A stretch of DNA of 63,999 bases, filler included, from an uncultured bacterium (GTDB lineage Bacteria; CAYJOG01): the NCBI GenBank assembly GCA_964371695.1. It is 11 parts of 11 records of this genome, joined end to end, with 100 filler letters (N's around TTAATTAATTAA, not from the genome) between each part and the next. Parts side by side here need not be neighbours in the genome. Positions count along the whole stretch, not along the records: positions 5,927 to 11,738 come from CAYJOG010000200.1; positions 11,839 to 17,647 come from CAYJOG010000201.1; positions 17,748 to 23,554 come from CAYJOG010000202.1; 8 more parts are not named here. The stretch is one strand, 5' to 3'. The translations under genes were made by a program, and so were the position numbers. Shown in pieces: positions 10,001 through 19,025 of the stretch; position 1 is the stretch's first letter; every line of letters begins with the position of its first letter. The notes below the pieces were generated by a model. The model was not told where the DNA came from. It saw only the letters and a list, made by a program, of their open reading frames with translations, and ran no database searches.

Positions 10001-11738
10001 CAACGCGGCGGGGCAAACCAGCACACGCAGCTTCCGCTTGGTTTACACCCAGGGGGTGCAACCACCCGTCATGGAAAACCTCAAAGTGCTCAGCCGGGTG
10101 TTCTCCTCGGCAGACGGCGCAAACATCCTCACCAGCGAACTGGTGAACGGCAAAATCAAGATCACCGGCAACGCCACGAGCGTGGGGGGAACCATCACCG
10201 CCGTTACGGTGACGGTGAACGGCGACAGCATTCCCGTGTCGGGCGTGAACCCCTTCACGGCGGAGTTCACCCCGGTCATCGAAGCCGCCCCCACGGTGGA
10301 ACTCACCACCCCCACGGTGGAAAACGTGAAGGGCGAAGACTTCGACGGCGTGAAGCTGATGACCCCCGATGAAGTCACCGACGGCAAGATCACCGTAAAA
10401 GGCTCCCTGGGGGTGGACGACGCCGCCCAGGAATATGTCATTGAAGTAACCGCCGAAGACAACGTGGGCCAGCAGACCGAAACCGAAATCGCCACGGTGA
10501 ACTATTTCATTCCCGGCACCGAGGGGGTGAGCAAGGTGGAGGTGACGTTTGACGGCTCCAGCTACGCCGCCGCCACGCTCACCGGCAATTCCTTCACTTA
10601 TGACAAAACCCCCTCCAGCGGCGCGGTGTATGAAATCAAGGTGAAGGTGACCACCAAGGCTGGCGCGGCCGACCCGGTGGAACTGCCCGACACGCCGTGG
10701 TCGGTAGAATATTCCAGCAAGAACTGGAAGACCCGGCTCGAAGAGCAGTTCAAGGCCATGGTGAGCGCCTATACCACGCAGGACAGTCCCACCCTGCTGG
10801 CGGCCATCAGCGACATCTTCGGCAGCAACGTCACCAGCATGGGCACCAAAACACAGGTGGAAGACAACATCTCTGACCGCTTTTTGTGCTGCGACACGGG
10901 CATTCAATACAGCATCAACTCCACGGTCATCACGCCGCCTTACACCGAGGGCAGCGTCTATTTTCGCTGGAACCTGCCCAGTTCGGGCGGTACCTATCTC
11001 AACGAGCAGTGGATTTTTGAGCGCGACGCGGAAACCAACGAATACATGCTCAAAAACGTGGTGGGCAACGACAGCCTGCTGCGCTTCACCGACACCGTGG
11101 GCAGCATCAACATCACCAGCAACGCCTCGGCGCTTTACGCCAACGGCCAGCAGACCGCCACCATCACCGGCACCGTGCGCGACAGCGGCGGCTTCATCGT
11201 GCGCGACGGCACCCGCATTGATCTGACAGTGGACCAGGGCACGATCAATCCCCAGCAGGCCATCGTCAACAATGGCCAGTTCACGGTCACCTACACGTCC
11301 GACACCTCCAGCGGCATTGCCGACATCGTGGCCACCGACGACGCCACGGGCACGGTGTCGTCCAACACGGTGCAGATTACGCTCAAGACGGTGGGCACAC
11401 TCACCCTGGCGGTGGCCCCCAACAACCTGATTGCCAACAATGCCGACCTCGCCACCGTCACCGGCACGGCGCTGGACACCGCCGGTGTGGCGGTGCCCAA
11501 CGGCACGGTCATCAACCTCACGGCCACGCTGGGCACACTGGGGGCCACGTCGCTCACGGTTACGGGTGGCGCTTTCAGCACCACCTATCGGGCAGGCACG
11601 GTGGGGGGCACGGGGGTCATCATCGCCACTGGCGGAGACCAGGGGGCCACGGCCAACACCACCCTCACACTCACCGAAGAAGCCCCGCCGCTGCCCCCCG
11701 GCTTTTTGCCCAGACTGGCCAACCGCAAGGACGTGCTC
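7068..11738 (+). CDS. Giant secreted Ig-like repeat surface protein/adhesin (>1550 aa, runs into gap)
   Basis: Signal peptide; ~109-aa repeats with KVEVSTxxG..A.G...WxY; C-terminal invasin/Big_1-like units (ANGQQTATITGTVRD). Confidence 0.85.
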
Positions 11739-11845
11739 NNNNNNNNNNNNNNNNNNNNNNNNNNNNNNNNNNNNNNNNNNNNTTAATTAATTAANNNNNN
11801 NNNNNNNNNNNNNNNNNNNNNNNNNNNNNNNNNNNNNNGCACCGG

Positions 11846-13093
11846 TCAGTCCAGCCCCTGCTCCTGACGCATCAGGTCCGACAGGGTTTCGCGGCGGCGG
11901 ATGAGGCGGTGTTTACCCCCCGACACCATCACCTCGGCGGGGCGGGGGCGGGTGTTGTAGTTGCTGGCCATGGCCATGCCATAGGCCCCGGCGCTCATCA
12001 GCGCCAGCAGGTCGCCTTCTTTCACCGGCGGCAGGGCACGCGCGTGGGCCAGCACGTCGCCTGTTTCACACACCGGCCCCACCACTTCGCTCACGATTGT
12101 TTTCGCCCTGGATTTCACCACCGGCGCCACCTCGTGAAAGGCGTCATACAGGGCGGGACGCATGAGGTCGTTCATGGCGGCGTCCACGATGACAAAATGC
12201 TTGCCCCCCTGCTTGGTATAAAGCACCTGCGTGAGCAGGATGCCCGCGTTGCCCGCCATGGAGCGCCCCGGCTCCATGAGCAGCCGCAGGCCCAGGGGCT
12301 TGACGATGGGCACGATGGCCTTGGCAAAAGCACTGAAGGCAGGCGGTTTGTCGGTGGCGCGGTAACGGATGCCAAAACCTCCGCCCAGGTTGAAGGTGTG
12401 CAGGGAGTGACCGGCTTTTTCGGCCAGCGGCACGAGGGTGGCGGTTTTTTCCACTGCCGCCGCATAGGGCGATGGGTCCAGCAACTGGCTGCCGATGTGG
12501 CAGTGCAAACCCCACAGCCGCAAATGCCGGAATGCCGCGAACTTGCCGATGATGTCGCGGGCGGCTTCAAACGGAATGCCGAACTTGCTCTCTTTGTGGC
12601 CGGTGGAAATTTTGGCGTGGGTCTTGGCCTTTATGTCCGGGTTTACCCGCAGGGCCACGCGGGTGATTTTTTTGAGGCTGGCGGCGACTTCGTTGAGGTG
12701 GGTGAGTTCGGCGATGGATTCGGCGTTGAACATGAGGATGTTCTTTTTGATGCCCAGGGCCATTTCTTCACGACTTTTGCCCACACCCGCGAACACGATT
12801 TTCTCGGCGGGCACACCGGCCTTCAGCGCCCGCACCAGTTCGCCGCCGCTCACCACGTCGGCCCCCGCACCCTCCTGCGCCAGCAGGCTGATCACCGAGA
12901 GATTGCTGTTGGTTTTTACGCTGTAACAGATGAGGTGTTCAATGCCAGAAAAGGCTTTGTCCAGCGAGTGGAAGTGCTCCAGAAAAGCCGATTCGCTGTA
13001 GACATAAAGCGGTGTGCCATAGGTTTTGGCCAGGGTTTTAAGAGAAACCTTTTCGGCGTGAAGGGTGTTGTTTTGATAAGGGAAGGCGTCCAT
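11846..13093 (-). CDS. lysA: Diaminopimelate decarboxylase
   Basis: YGTPLYVY, YSVKTN, HCHIGSQ, EPGRS, GPVCETGD, GAYG..MASNYN; RBS CAGGAG before ATG 13093. Confidence 0.96.
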   Translation of the reverse strand: MDAFPYQNNTLHAEKVSLKTLAKTYGTPLYVYSESAFLEHFHSLDKAFSGIEHLICYSVKTNSNLSVISLLAQEGAGADVVSGGELVRALKAGVPAEKIVFAGVGKSREEMALGIKKNILMFNAESIAELTHLNEVAASLKKITRVALRVNPDIKAKTHAKISTGHKESKFGIPFEAARDIIGKFAAFRHLRLWGLHCHIGSQLLDPSPYAAAVEKTATLVPLAEKAGHSLHTFNLGGGFGIRYRATDKPPAFSAFAKAIVPIVKPLGLRLLMEPGRSMAGNAGILLTQVLYTKQGGKHFVIVDAAMNDLMRPALYDAFHEVAPVVKSRAKTIVSEVVGPVCETGDVLAHARALPPVKEGDLLALMSAGAYGMAMASNYNTRPRPAEVMVSGGKHRLIRRRETLSDLMRQEQGLD

Positions 13094-13148
13094 GGATAAC
13101 TCCTGCATCAGTGTGAAGCGCGGCACAGCCGCGAGGCGAGCCATGTTA

Positions 13149-15287
13149 TCAGCGCCCTTCTGTGGCTGGCGCCGAAAAGGGATAAAACCCGGTTTCCAGT
13201 TCCCGTTCGTCCCACAGGCCCTTTTGCCACCACAGGCGGGGGTGAACTGGGAGCGTGGTGCGGAGGGCCCCCCGGCCCAGCCGCTTGCGCCAACGAACGC
13301 AGCGTTCGTCCTGCCCCCGTTGGTTTTCATAACAGGCAGGGCCGAGATAGAGCCAGCCCTGGCGGGGTTCTTCGCCAGGGGTGAGCACCCGCAGCGTGCA
13401 GTTTTGCGGCGGCCACGAAAGGGGCCACAGAGGCCGGGCGGCGTAGGCGGTGGACTCGTGCAGCGCCCCCCGACCCGGCAACCCGGCCAGCAGAAAAACC
13501 GTGCAGCGCGGCCCCAGGCGAGGTGAGGTTTGGCGCAGCCAGCGCCAGTGTCGGGTCTGCAAATCACTGTTGGGAGAAAGGGCCTGAAACCAGGACAGCC
13601 AGGCCGCCGCCAGCAACACCACAACCCCGGCCAGCGCCTTTTTATTTCCACTTGGCCAGCCCACCGCCAAGGCCATCACCAGCAGCGGAAAAAACACCAT
13701 GGCGTAACGCAGGTTGCCCAGCAGGGCATTGCCCGCGCCGTGGCTGCTGAGCAAAACCGCCAGCAAAAATGCCCCTGCCAACGCCCCCCACGCCGCTGCC
13801 TTTTTTGCCTGCGCTCCAAACCACAAAGCCGCCCCCCACCACAACAACCAGGGCCAGGCGGGCGCGCCCGGCGGGCCGCTCAGTGTCAGACCCAGAAACT
13901 CACGCAACACGGGCCAGCCCTGCTGCGAGAGATTCACGTCACCCGCCATGTTCACGGCCTTGTGCCAGAAGCCGGCCACGAGCCAGGGCGTGTGCAGCGC
14001 TGCCGCCAGCAAAAAAGCCCACAGGGTGTCGCGCCCTCTGCGCAAAAACAGCAGCGGCCACAACAGCATCAGTTCGGGCCGCTGCTGGGCCATCCACCAG
14101 GCGCACAGGCCCACCAGCGCCCAACGGCCTATTGGGTCCTGTTTTAAAAGTCCATCGTGGACTTTTAAAACCCAACGCCATCGGGGGCAAAGCCCCCTTG
14201 GCGTGGCGAAAACCTGCGCTTTTTCAAAGCTCCGGTTTTCGGGCGCGGGCATCCATGCCCGCGAGAGCCTGTCCAAAGTGGACCATTTTTCACATGGCCC
14301 ACTTTTAAAACCGGCTCTCAGCGTCAAACTCAAAACAAACAGCCCCACACCCGCCATGGCGGCAGCGGTGTCGGCATCGGCTTTGGCATAAAAAACCGCC
14401 CAGGGGTGCAGGCCCATCAGGGCCAGCGCACAACACCCGGCCCGTGGGCCTGTCCACCGCCACACCCCCAGCCCCATGGCCAACGCCCCCAACACACCCA
14501 GCACACAGTTGAGGTTCCAGAACAAATCCATGGAAGGCGGCAGCACCTGCATCAACCACCACAACGGGGCTTTCACACCCGGCGGGTAATAACCCCACAC
14601 CAGCGGCAGCGAGCGGGCGTCTTCCACACGCCAGGGGCCGTGGAACAACTCATCGGCCACCACACCCGGCCCCAGGCGCAGCAACACCGACAGCAACAAC
14701 AGCACAACAAAAATGCGCCGTTCGGTGGTGGGCTGGACCCGCCACCAACGCCAGACCGCCGGGGCGTAAAACAACAACAGCCACCCAAGGGCCGCCACAC
14801 CAACAATCGCCACAAGGTCGGCCATCTTCACCCACGGACTGACCGGCTGACGATGCCGTGGGCTGAGGGCAACACCTGCCCCGACCAGCGACTGCCACTG
14901 GGCCAACAGATTTTTATCTGGCACGCAGGGGAGTCTGTTTTTCCACTGGCCTTTGTCGCGCTGCTTCAGCCAGACCAGCACGCCGCTGGCCAGATTTTGA
15001 AGCGCCTTTTCCTGCGCCGCCGTGATGTGGTCGGGTTTGACATAGGCCACCGAAAACGACGGCGTGTGACCAAAGCCCGGCAGGTTTGGGGGCCGCAGCA
15101 TGAGGCTGGATTGTTGTTCACTCCGCCCATAAACCAGTTCAAAGGCGTCTTCGTGGCAGAGGGTCTGTTGCAAGGTCCACCCGCCTGTTTCAGGGGGAGA
15201 AAATGCATCCTCCGCCAGTGCCCCGCGCCAGTGCAGCAACAGGAGGCCCAGGCTGGCCAGCCAGAACAAATACCTTCTCCGTATCAA
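13149..15287 (-). CDS. Multi-pass membrane protein, GT-C/PMT-like glycosyltransferase candidate, with in-frame palindromic insertion
   Basis: Signal peptide, many TM segments, YPPG, HPW, RPE, NLRY motifs. Confidence 0.55.
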   Translation of the reverse strand: MIRRRYLFWLASLGLLLLHWRGALAEDAFSPPETGGWTLQQTLCHEDAFELVYGRSEQQSSLMLRPPNLPGFGHTPSFSVAYVKPDHITAAQEKALQNLASGVLVWLKQRDKGQWKNRLPCVPDKNLLAQWQSLVGAGVALSPRHRQPVSPWVKMADLVAIVGVAALGWLLLFYAPAVWRWWRVQPTTERRIFVVLLLLSVLLRLGPGVVADELFHGPWRVEDARSLPLVWGYYPPGVKAPLWWLMQVLPPSMDLFWNLNCVLGVLGALAMGLGVWRWTGPRAGCCALALMGLHPWAVFYAKADADTAAAMAGVGLFVLSLTLRAGFKSGPCEKWSTLDRLSRAWMPAPENRSFEKAQVFATPRGLCPRWRWVLKVHDGLLKQDPIGRWALVGLCAWWMAQQRPELMLLWPLLFLRRGRDTLWAFLLAAALHTPWLVAGFWHKAVNMAGDVNLSQQGWPVLREFLGLTLSGPPGAPAWPWLLWWGAALWFGAQAKKAAAWGALAGAFLLAVLLSSHGAGNALLGNLRYAMVFFPLLVMALAVGWPSGNKKALAGVVVLLAAAWLSWFQALSPNSDLQTRHWRWLRQTSPRLGPRCTVFLLAGLPGRGALHESTAYAARPLWPLSWPPQNCTLRVLTPGEEPRQGWLYLGPACYENQRGQDERCVRWRKRLGRGALRTTLPVHPRLWWQKGLWDERELETGFYPFSAPATEGR
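14134..14318. mobile_element. MITE family D, full copy inserted in frame in CDS
   Basis: Imperfect TIRs GGGTCCTGTTTTAAAAGT / ACTTTTAAAACCGGCTCT; ~80 nt match to intergenic 18931-19011. Confidence 0.8.
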
Positions 15288-15355
15288 CGTGGTTTTCAGG
15301 GTGACACAGCCCCCTGCCCATACCCGCTAACTTTTTAGCTTTACAGGCCGGATGT

Positions 15356-15500
15356 TCCCTCTCCCCCTTGGGGAGAGGGTGGTTCGTAGGACCGGGTGAG
15401 GGGCGAAATATAACCACCACCAATAAAAATTTGGTTTTGTTTTTTTGCTTTGCCCCTCACCCGGCGCTCCGCGCCACCCTCCCCCCACTGGGGGGAGGGA
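15356..15500. repeat. Repeat family B inverted pair (CCCTCACCCGG-hairpin-CACCCTCTCCC-loop-GGGAGAGGG)
   Basis: Two units in opposite orientation (15356-15403, 15453-15500) around an AT-rich spacer. Confidence 0.85.
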
Positions 15501-15564
15501 ACAATGTTCTCCTTTTGAAAAAAGTCGGCCGTCAGAAACCCCCTGCCCCAAGCACAAAAATGTG

Positions 15565-17280
15565 TCACCACTTCAGCACATTCATGCGGCGCAGGTCCGA
15601 CAAAATGCTGATCACCTGCCGCAGGGAATGTTCCTTGTCCGCGTCGGGGCGGCCATGGAGCCGGTGCAGCGCCGACGCCAGTTCCGCCACCGTGCGCTGA
15701 CCATCCACCAATGGCACCCACTGCACCAGTTCGGGTGTCAGAAGGCGCTCGAAACGAGGCAATCCTTTTGGCGCCGGGCGAAAGGTGAGCCGCTTGACCT
15801 CTATCATGCGCCCCTTGCCGCGCTCAAGCATGGCGCCGGGGCAGAGCACCGGTTGAGACAAAAAAACCGGCCGCGCCCTCAGGCCGGGGGTTTCCAGGCG
15901 GTCCACCAGGCGGCCCATCAGCCGCTCGGCCACGTGCCCGGCAATGCGCTGGCCAAAAAACTCGACGTCGCCGGTGTAGCTTTGGGTGTGAAACGCCTCA
16001 CCGCCGGTGAAGCCCGTGATGAGTGTGATGAACGCCTCGCGGTCGGTGGCGCCTTTCACCCGCGTAGCCGAAAGCCAACGGGTGGCGTTTTCCCACCAAC
16101 CAGGAACCGACGCGTTGTTGCGATACCAGTAACGGGCCATTTGCCGGTACACCGCCAGCATCTCGCGGTAATACCGTGAATATTCCCGCCAGAAAAATGT
16201 CCCTTTGGCCGCCCCCAGGTCGCGGGTGGTGAGCCAGGTGTTGGCCGCCAGATAACCCGCCACGTGGGCAAAGTGAACGCCCGTGGTGAGAATGGGGTCT
16301 ACAAAACCCGCAGCGTCGCCGCAAAGCACCCAACCCGGCCCGGCCATGCTGCGCGAGGTATAAGACCAGTCCGCCACAATGTTGATTTCCTTTCCGGTGC
16401 CCTGGAAGCTTTTCAGCCGCTTCGCCCCTTTCAGAAAACCCTTCAGTTCCGGCGTTTGGGCCAGGGCTTCTTCATAAAGGGCGGCGGCGTGTTGGGCGGT
16501 GACGTCGCCCACAAAACGCCGGGGCATCACCAGCCCCACCGAAATGATTTCCTGGCTCAGGGGAATGTTCCACACCCAGCCGTTTTTCACCGAGCAGACA
16601 AAAATGTGGCTGTAATCGGGATGGCGCGTGTAATAAGGAGACCAGCCCTTGCCCTGGTAATAGGCATAAATCGCCACGTTGTTCAGGTTGTTGTCCATCT
16701 GGCGCAGGTTGCGCGCACGGGACACTTGGCTGTTCAGACCGGTGCAGTCGGCGGTAAGGCGGGCGCGGATTTCACGCCGGTTGTTTTTTTCATCTTCCAC
16801 CACCGCCCCGGTCAGGCGTTTGCCCTCCCAAATCAGGTCCACCACCTTCACGCCGTGAAACACGCTGGCCCCCAGGGATTGGGCGTGATCCAGCAATATC
16901 TTGTCGTAACGGCTTCTGTCCACCTGAAAGGCATAGGGCCAGTTTTTGAGGTCCGCGTCGGCAGGGGGCATGTTTTCCAGATCCGCAAAGTTCACCGACC
17001 ACGGCTCCCTACTCTGTCCCCAGATATAAGTCGCCCCCACTTTTTTCAAAAAGCCACCCTGCTCGATGGCACCATACACGCCTATCTCCTTCAATATCCG
17101 CGTGGTGTCCAGCAGCATGGATTCGCCGATGCGATGACGGGGAAACTTTTCTTTTTCCACAATCACCACGGGGGTTTCCGGCGCGTGGGTGAGCAGTGTG
17201 CTGGCCAGCGTGGAGCCGGCAGGCCCCCCGCCCAGCACGAGCACCTCTGTCTGTGAGGGTAATTTCGAGAAAGAGGCCAT
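15565..17280 (-). CDS. Flavin-dependent halogenase-family oxidoreductase with C-terminal PqqD/RRE-like domain
   Basis: GGGPAG, FPRHRIGES, GWVWNIP (WxWxIP), GDAAGFVDPILTTG; tail VDGQRTVAELASAL. Confidence 0.8.
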   Translation of the reverse strand: MASFSKLPSQTEVLVLGGGPAGSTLASTLLTHAPETPVVIVEKEKFPRHRIGESMLLDTTRILKEIGVYGAIEQGGFLKKVGATYIWGQSREPWSVNFADLENMPPADADLKNWPYAFQVDRSRYDKILLDHAQSLGASVFHGVKVVDLIWEGKRLTGAVVEDEKNNRREIRARLTADCTGLNSQVSRARNLRQMDNNLNNVAIYAYYQGKGWSPYYTRHPDYSHIFVCSVKNGWVWNIPLSQEIISVGLVMPRRFVGDVTAQHAAALYEEALAQTPELKGFLKGAKRLKSFQGTGKEINIVADWSYTSRSMAGPGWVLCGDAAGFVDPILTTGVHFAHVAGYLAANTWLTTRDLGAAKGTFFWREYSRYYREMLAVYRQMARYWYRNNASVPGWWENATRWLSATRVKGATDREAFITLITGFTGGEAFHTQSYTGDVEFFGQRIAGHVAERLMGRLVDRLETPGLRARPVFLSQPVLCPGAMLERGKGRMIEVKRLTFRPAPKGLPRFERLLTPELVQWVPLVDGQRTVAELASALHRLHGRPDADKEHSLRQVISILSDLRRMNVLKW

Positions 17281-17346
17281 GGGTAATTTTGACCCGTGGC
17301 TGTGCAAAAACAAAGGTCTCCCCAACCGCCGCCTATAATCTTTGGC

Positions 17347-17647
17347 GTGTTCTCACGCTGGCTGTTGCCGTTGATCCTCACACTGGGCGTCTGCACCACG
17401 GGCTGCGCGCAAAAAAGCCCGCCGGGGGGCGACACCCCTGCCGCCACCGGCCTGCCCACCCAGACCCCCAAACAGGCCCCCCTGCCCCTGAGCAGTTCCA
17501 TTGATTTGGGCCGCGTGAGCATTCCGGGCATTCCCCAGCTTCAGCCGGTCTGGAAAATCTCCAAAAAGAAAATGCCCCACTTTGTGCGGGGCGTGGTGCG
17601 ATATACCCATGGGGGGAAAGAAAAAGAAGGCGACTTCTGGCTGGACC
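17347..17647 (+). CDS. Hypothetical lipoprotein, truncated
   Basis: Hydrophobic leader ending in lipobox-like TTGC followed by Pro-rich linker. Confidence 0.5.
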
Positions 17648-17747
17648 NNNNNNNNNNNNNNNNNNNNNNNNNNNNNNNNNNNNNNNNNNNNTTAATTAAT
17701 TAANNNNNNNNNNNNNNNNNNNNNNNNNNNNNNNNNNNNNNNNNNNN

Positions 17748-18913
17748 CGTTCCATGTCCGGCAGAATCTCGCCCAGGGCCTGCTGCTGATGCTCCGAAAG
17801 GTCAAACCCCAGTTGCGCCGCCACACTGGCCACCGCCTGGGCAGGCAGGGAGCGTGGGGGGCGGGTGGGCTGGTTCTGCTGTTTGCGCCGCCCCACGAAA
17901 TAAACCTGGCTCAGCAGGAGTTCTTCATAAATCAGCCGTTTGCGCGGCGCGGCAGTGTCTTCCATCGAGGGTGGAAAATGCAGCGCCTCAAACGCAGGCA
18001 ACAGCGCCATCAGCTCCCGCCTGCGGCGAATCTCCGGTGGCAGGGTTTCCACCGGCTGTTCCCGCAGGCGTTCCAGGGCCAGGTGCTGCATCTTGCGCAA
18101 CTGCCGCATGGTGAGGCCCTCTGTCAGGCGATAGTCGGGCATCACCCCCGGCCCGGCCTCGCGGGTGGGCTCCATCTCCGGGTTGGCGACTTCCATGCCA
18201 TAACGCCCCGGTTTGGGTTTGCCCGCCACGGTCACGGTGGTGCCCCAGGGCAGGTGGTTCACCAGATAGGGCTGGTTGAACCACACCAGCGTCACCTGGC
18301 CCTCCGGGGCAATGAGCAGGCCGTGGGTGATGAGCTGCCCACGCCTGCCTCGCCGCTGCTGCGCCTGGGTGAGCACCCCCTGCATCAGTTGTTTCACCTC
18401 TGGCGCAAGCTGGTTGAGCGGCGTGACCTGCGAGAGGTTTTCATAGGCCAGGGGCGGGTTCCACAACAGGTCCAGGGGGGTGTCCACCCCCAGGGTGTGC
18501 AGCAGCGCGGCCACTTTTGGCCCCACGCCCTTCAGATACATCACCGCCCCCAGCAACCAGGCAAAACGCGCCGGATCACTGAGCTGAAGAAACGCTTCTT
18601 CTTCGCCCGGCGCGGGGGCCTTGGCGGGTGGGGCGGCGGCGGTTTTTTCTTCGGTCTCCTGCAACCAGCGGATGAGCTGGTTGAGTATTTTCTGCCGCTC
18701 CAGACGGGGCAGGTCGGGATATTCCTTCAGGAGATCCTTGAGCCACGCCAGTTTCACCGGGTGACTGACGCGGCCCTCTTTTTCGCGGCGGCTGATTTCG
18801 GTGATCATGAAACGGTGAAACGGCACACCGGCCACCGGTGTGTCGGCAAATTTTTTGCGCACCTCGCGGCTTACGGGCTGCTGGGCCGCGAGCATTTCAC
18901 GCAATCGTTTCAC
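17748..18913 (-). CDS. recG: ATP-dependent DNA helicase RecG, N-terminal part (with N-terminal extension)
   Basis: LKGVGPK, wedge domain VWFNQPY, P.Y.LTEGL, LHFP, RKRLIYEEL, GFDLSEHQ. Confidence 0.9.
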
Positions 18914-18930
18914 GGAAATGTCCCCCGGCC

Positions 18931-19011
18931 GGTTTTCGCCACGCCGAGGGTGCTCTGCCCACGAAGGCGTTGGGTTTTAAAAGTCCACGACGGACTTTTA
19001 AAACAGGTTCT
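18931..19011. mobile_element. MITE family D, truncated intergenic copy between divergent recG and dinG
   Basis: Matches reverse complement of ~14134-14214; terminal hairpin GTTTTAAAAGTCC-acgac-GGACTTTTAAAAC. Confidence 0.8.
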
Positions 19012-19025
19012 AAAATGCCGCTCTG

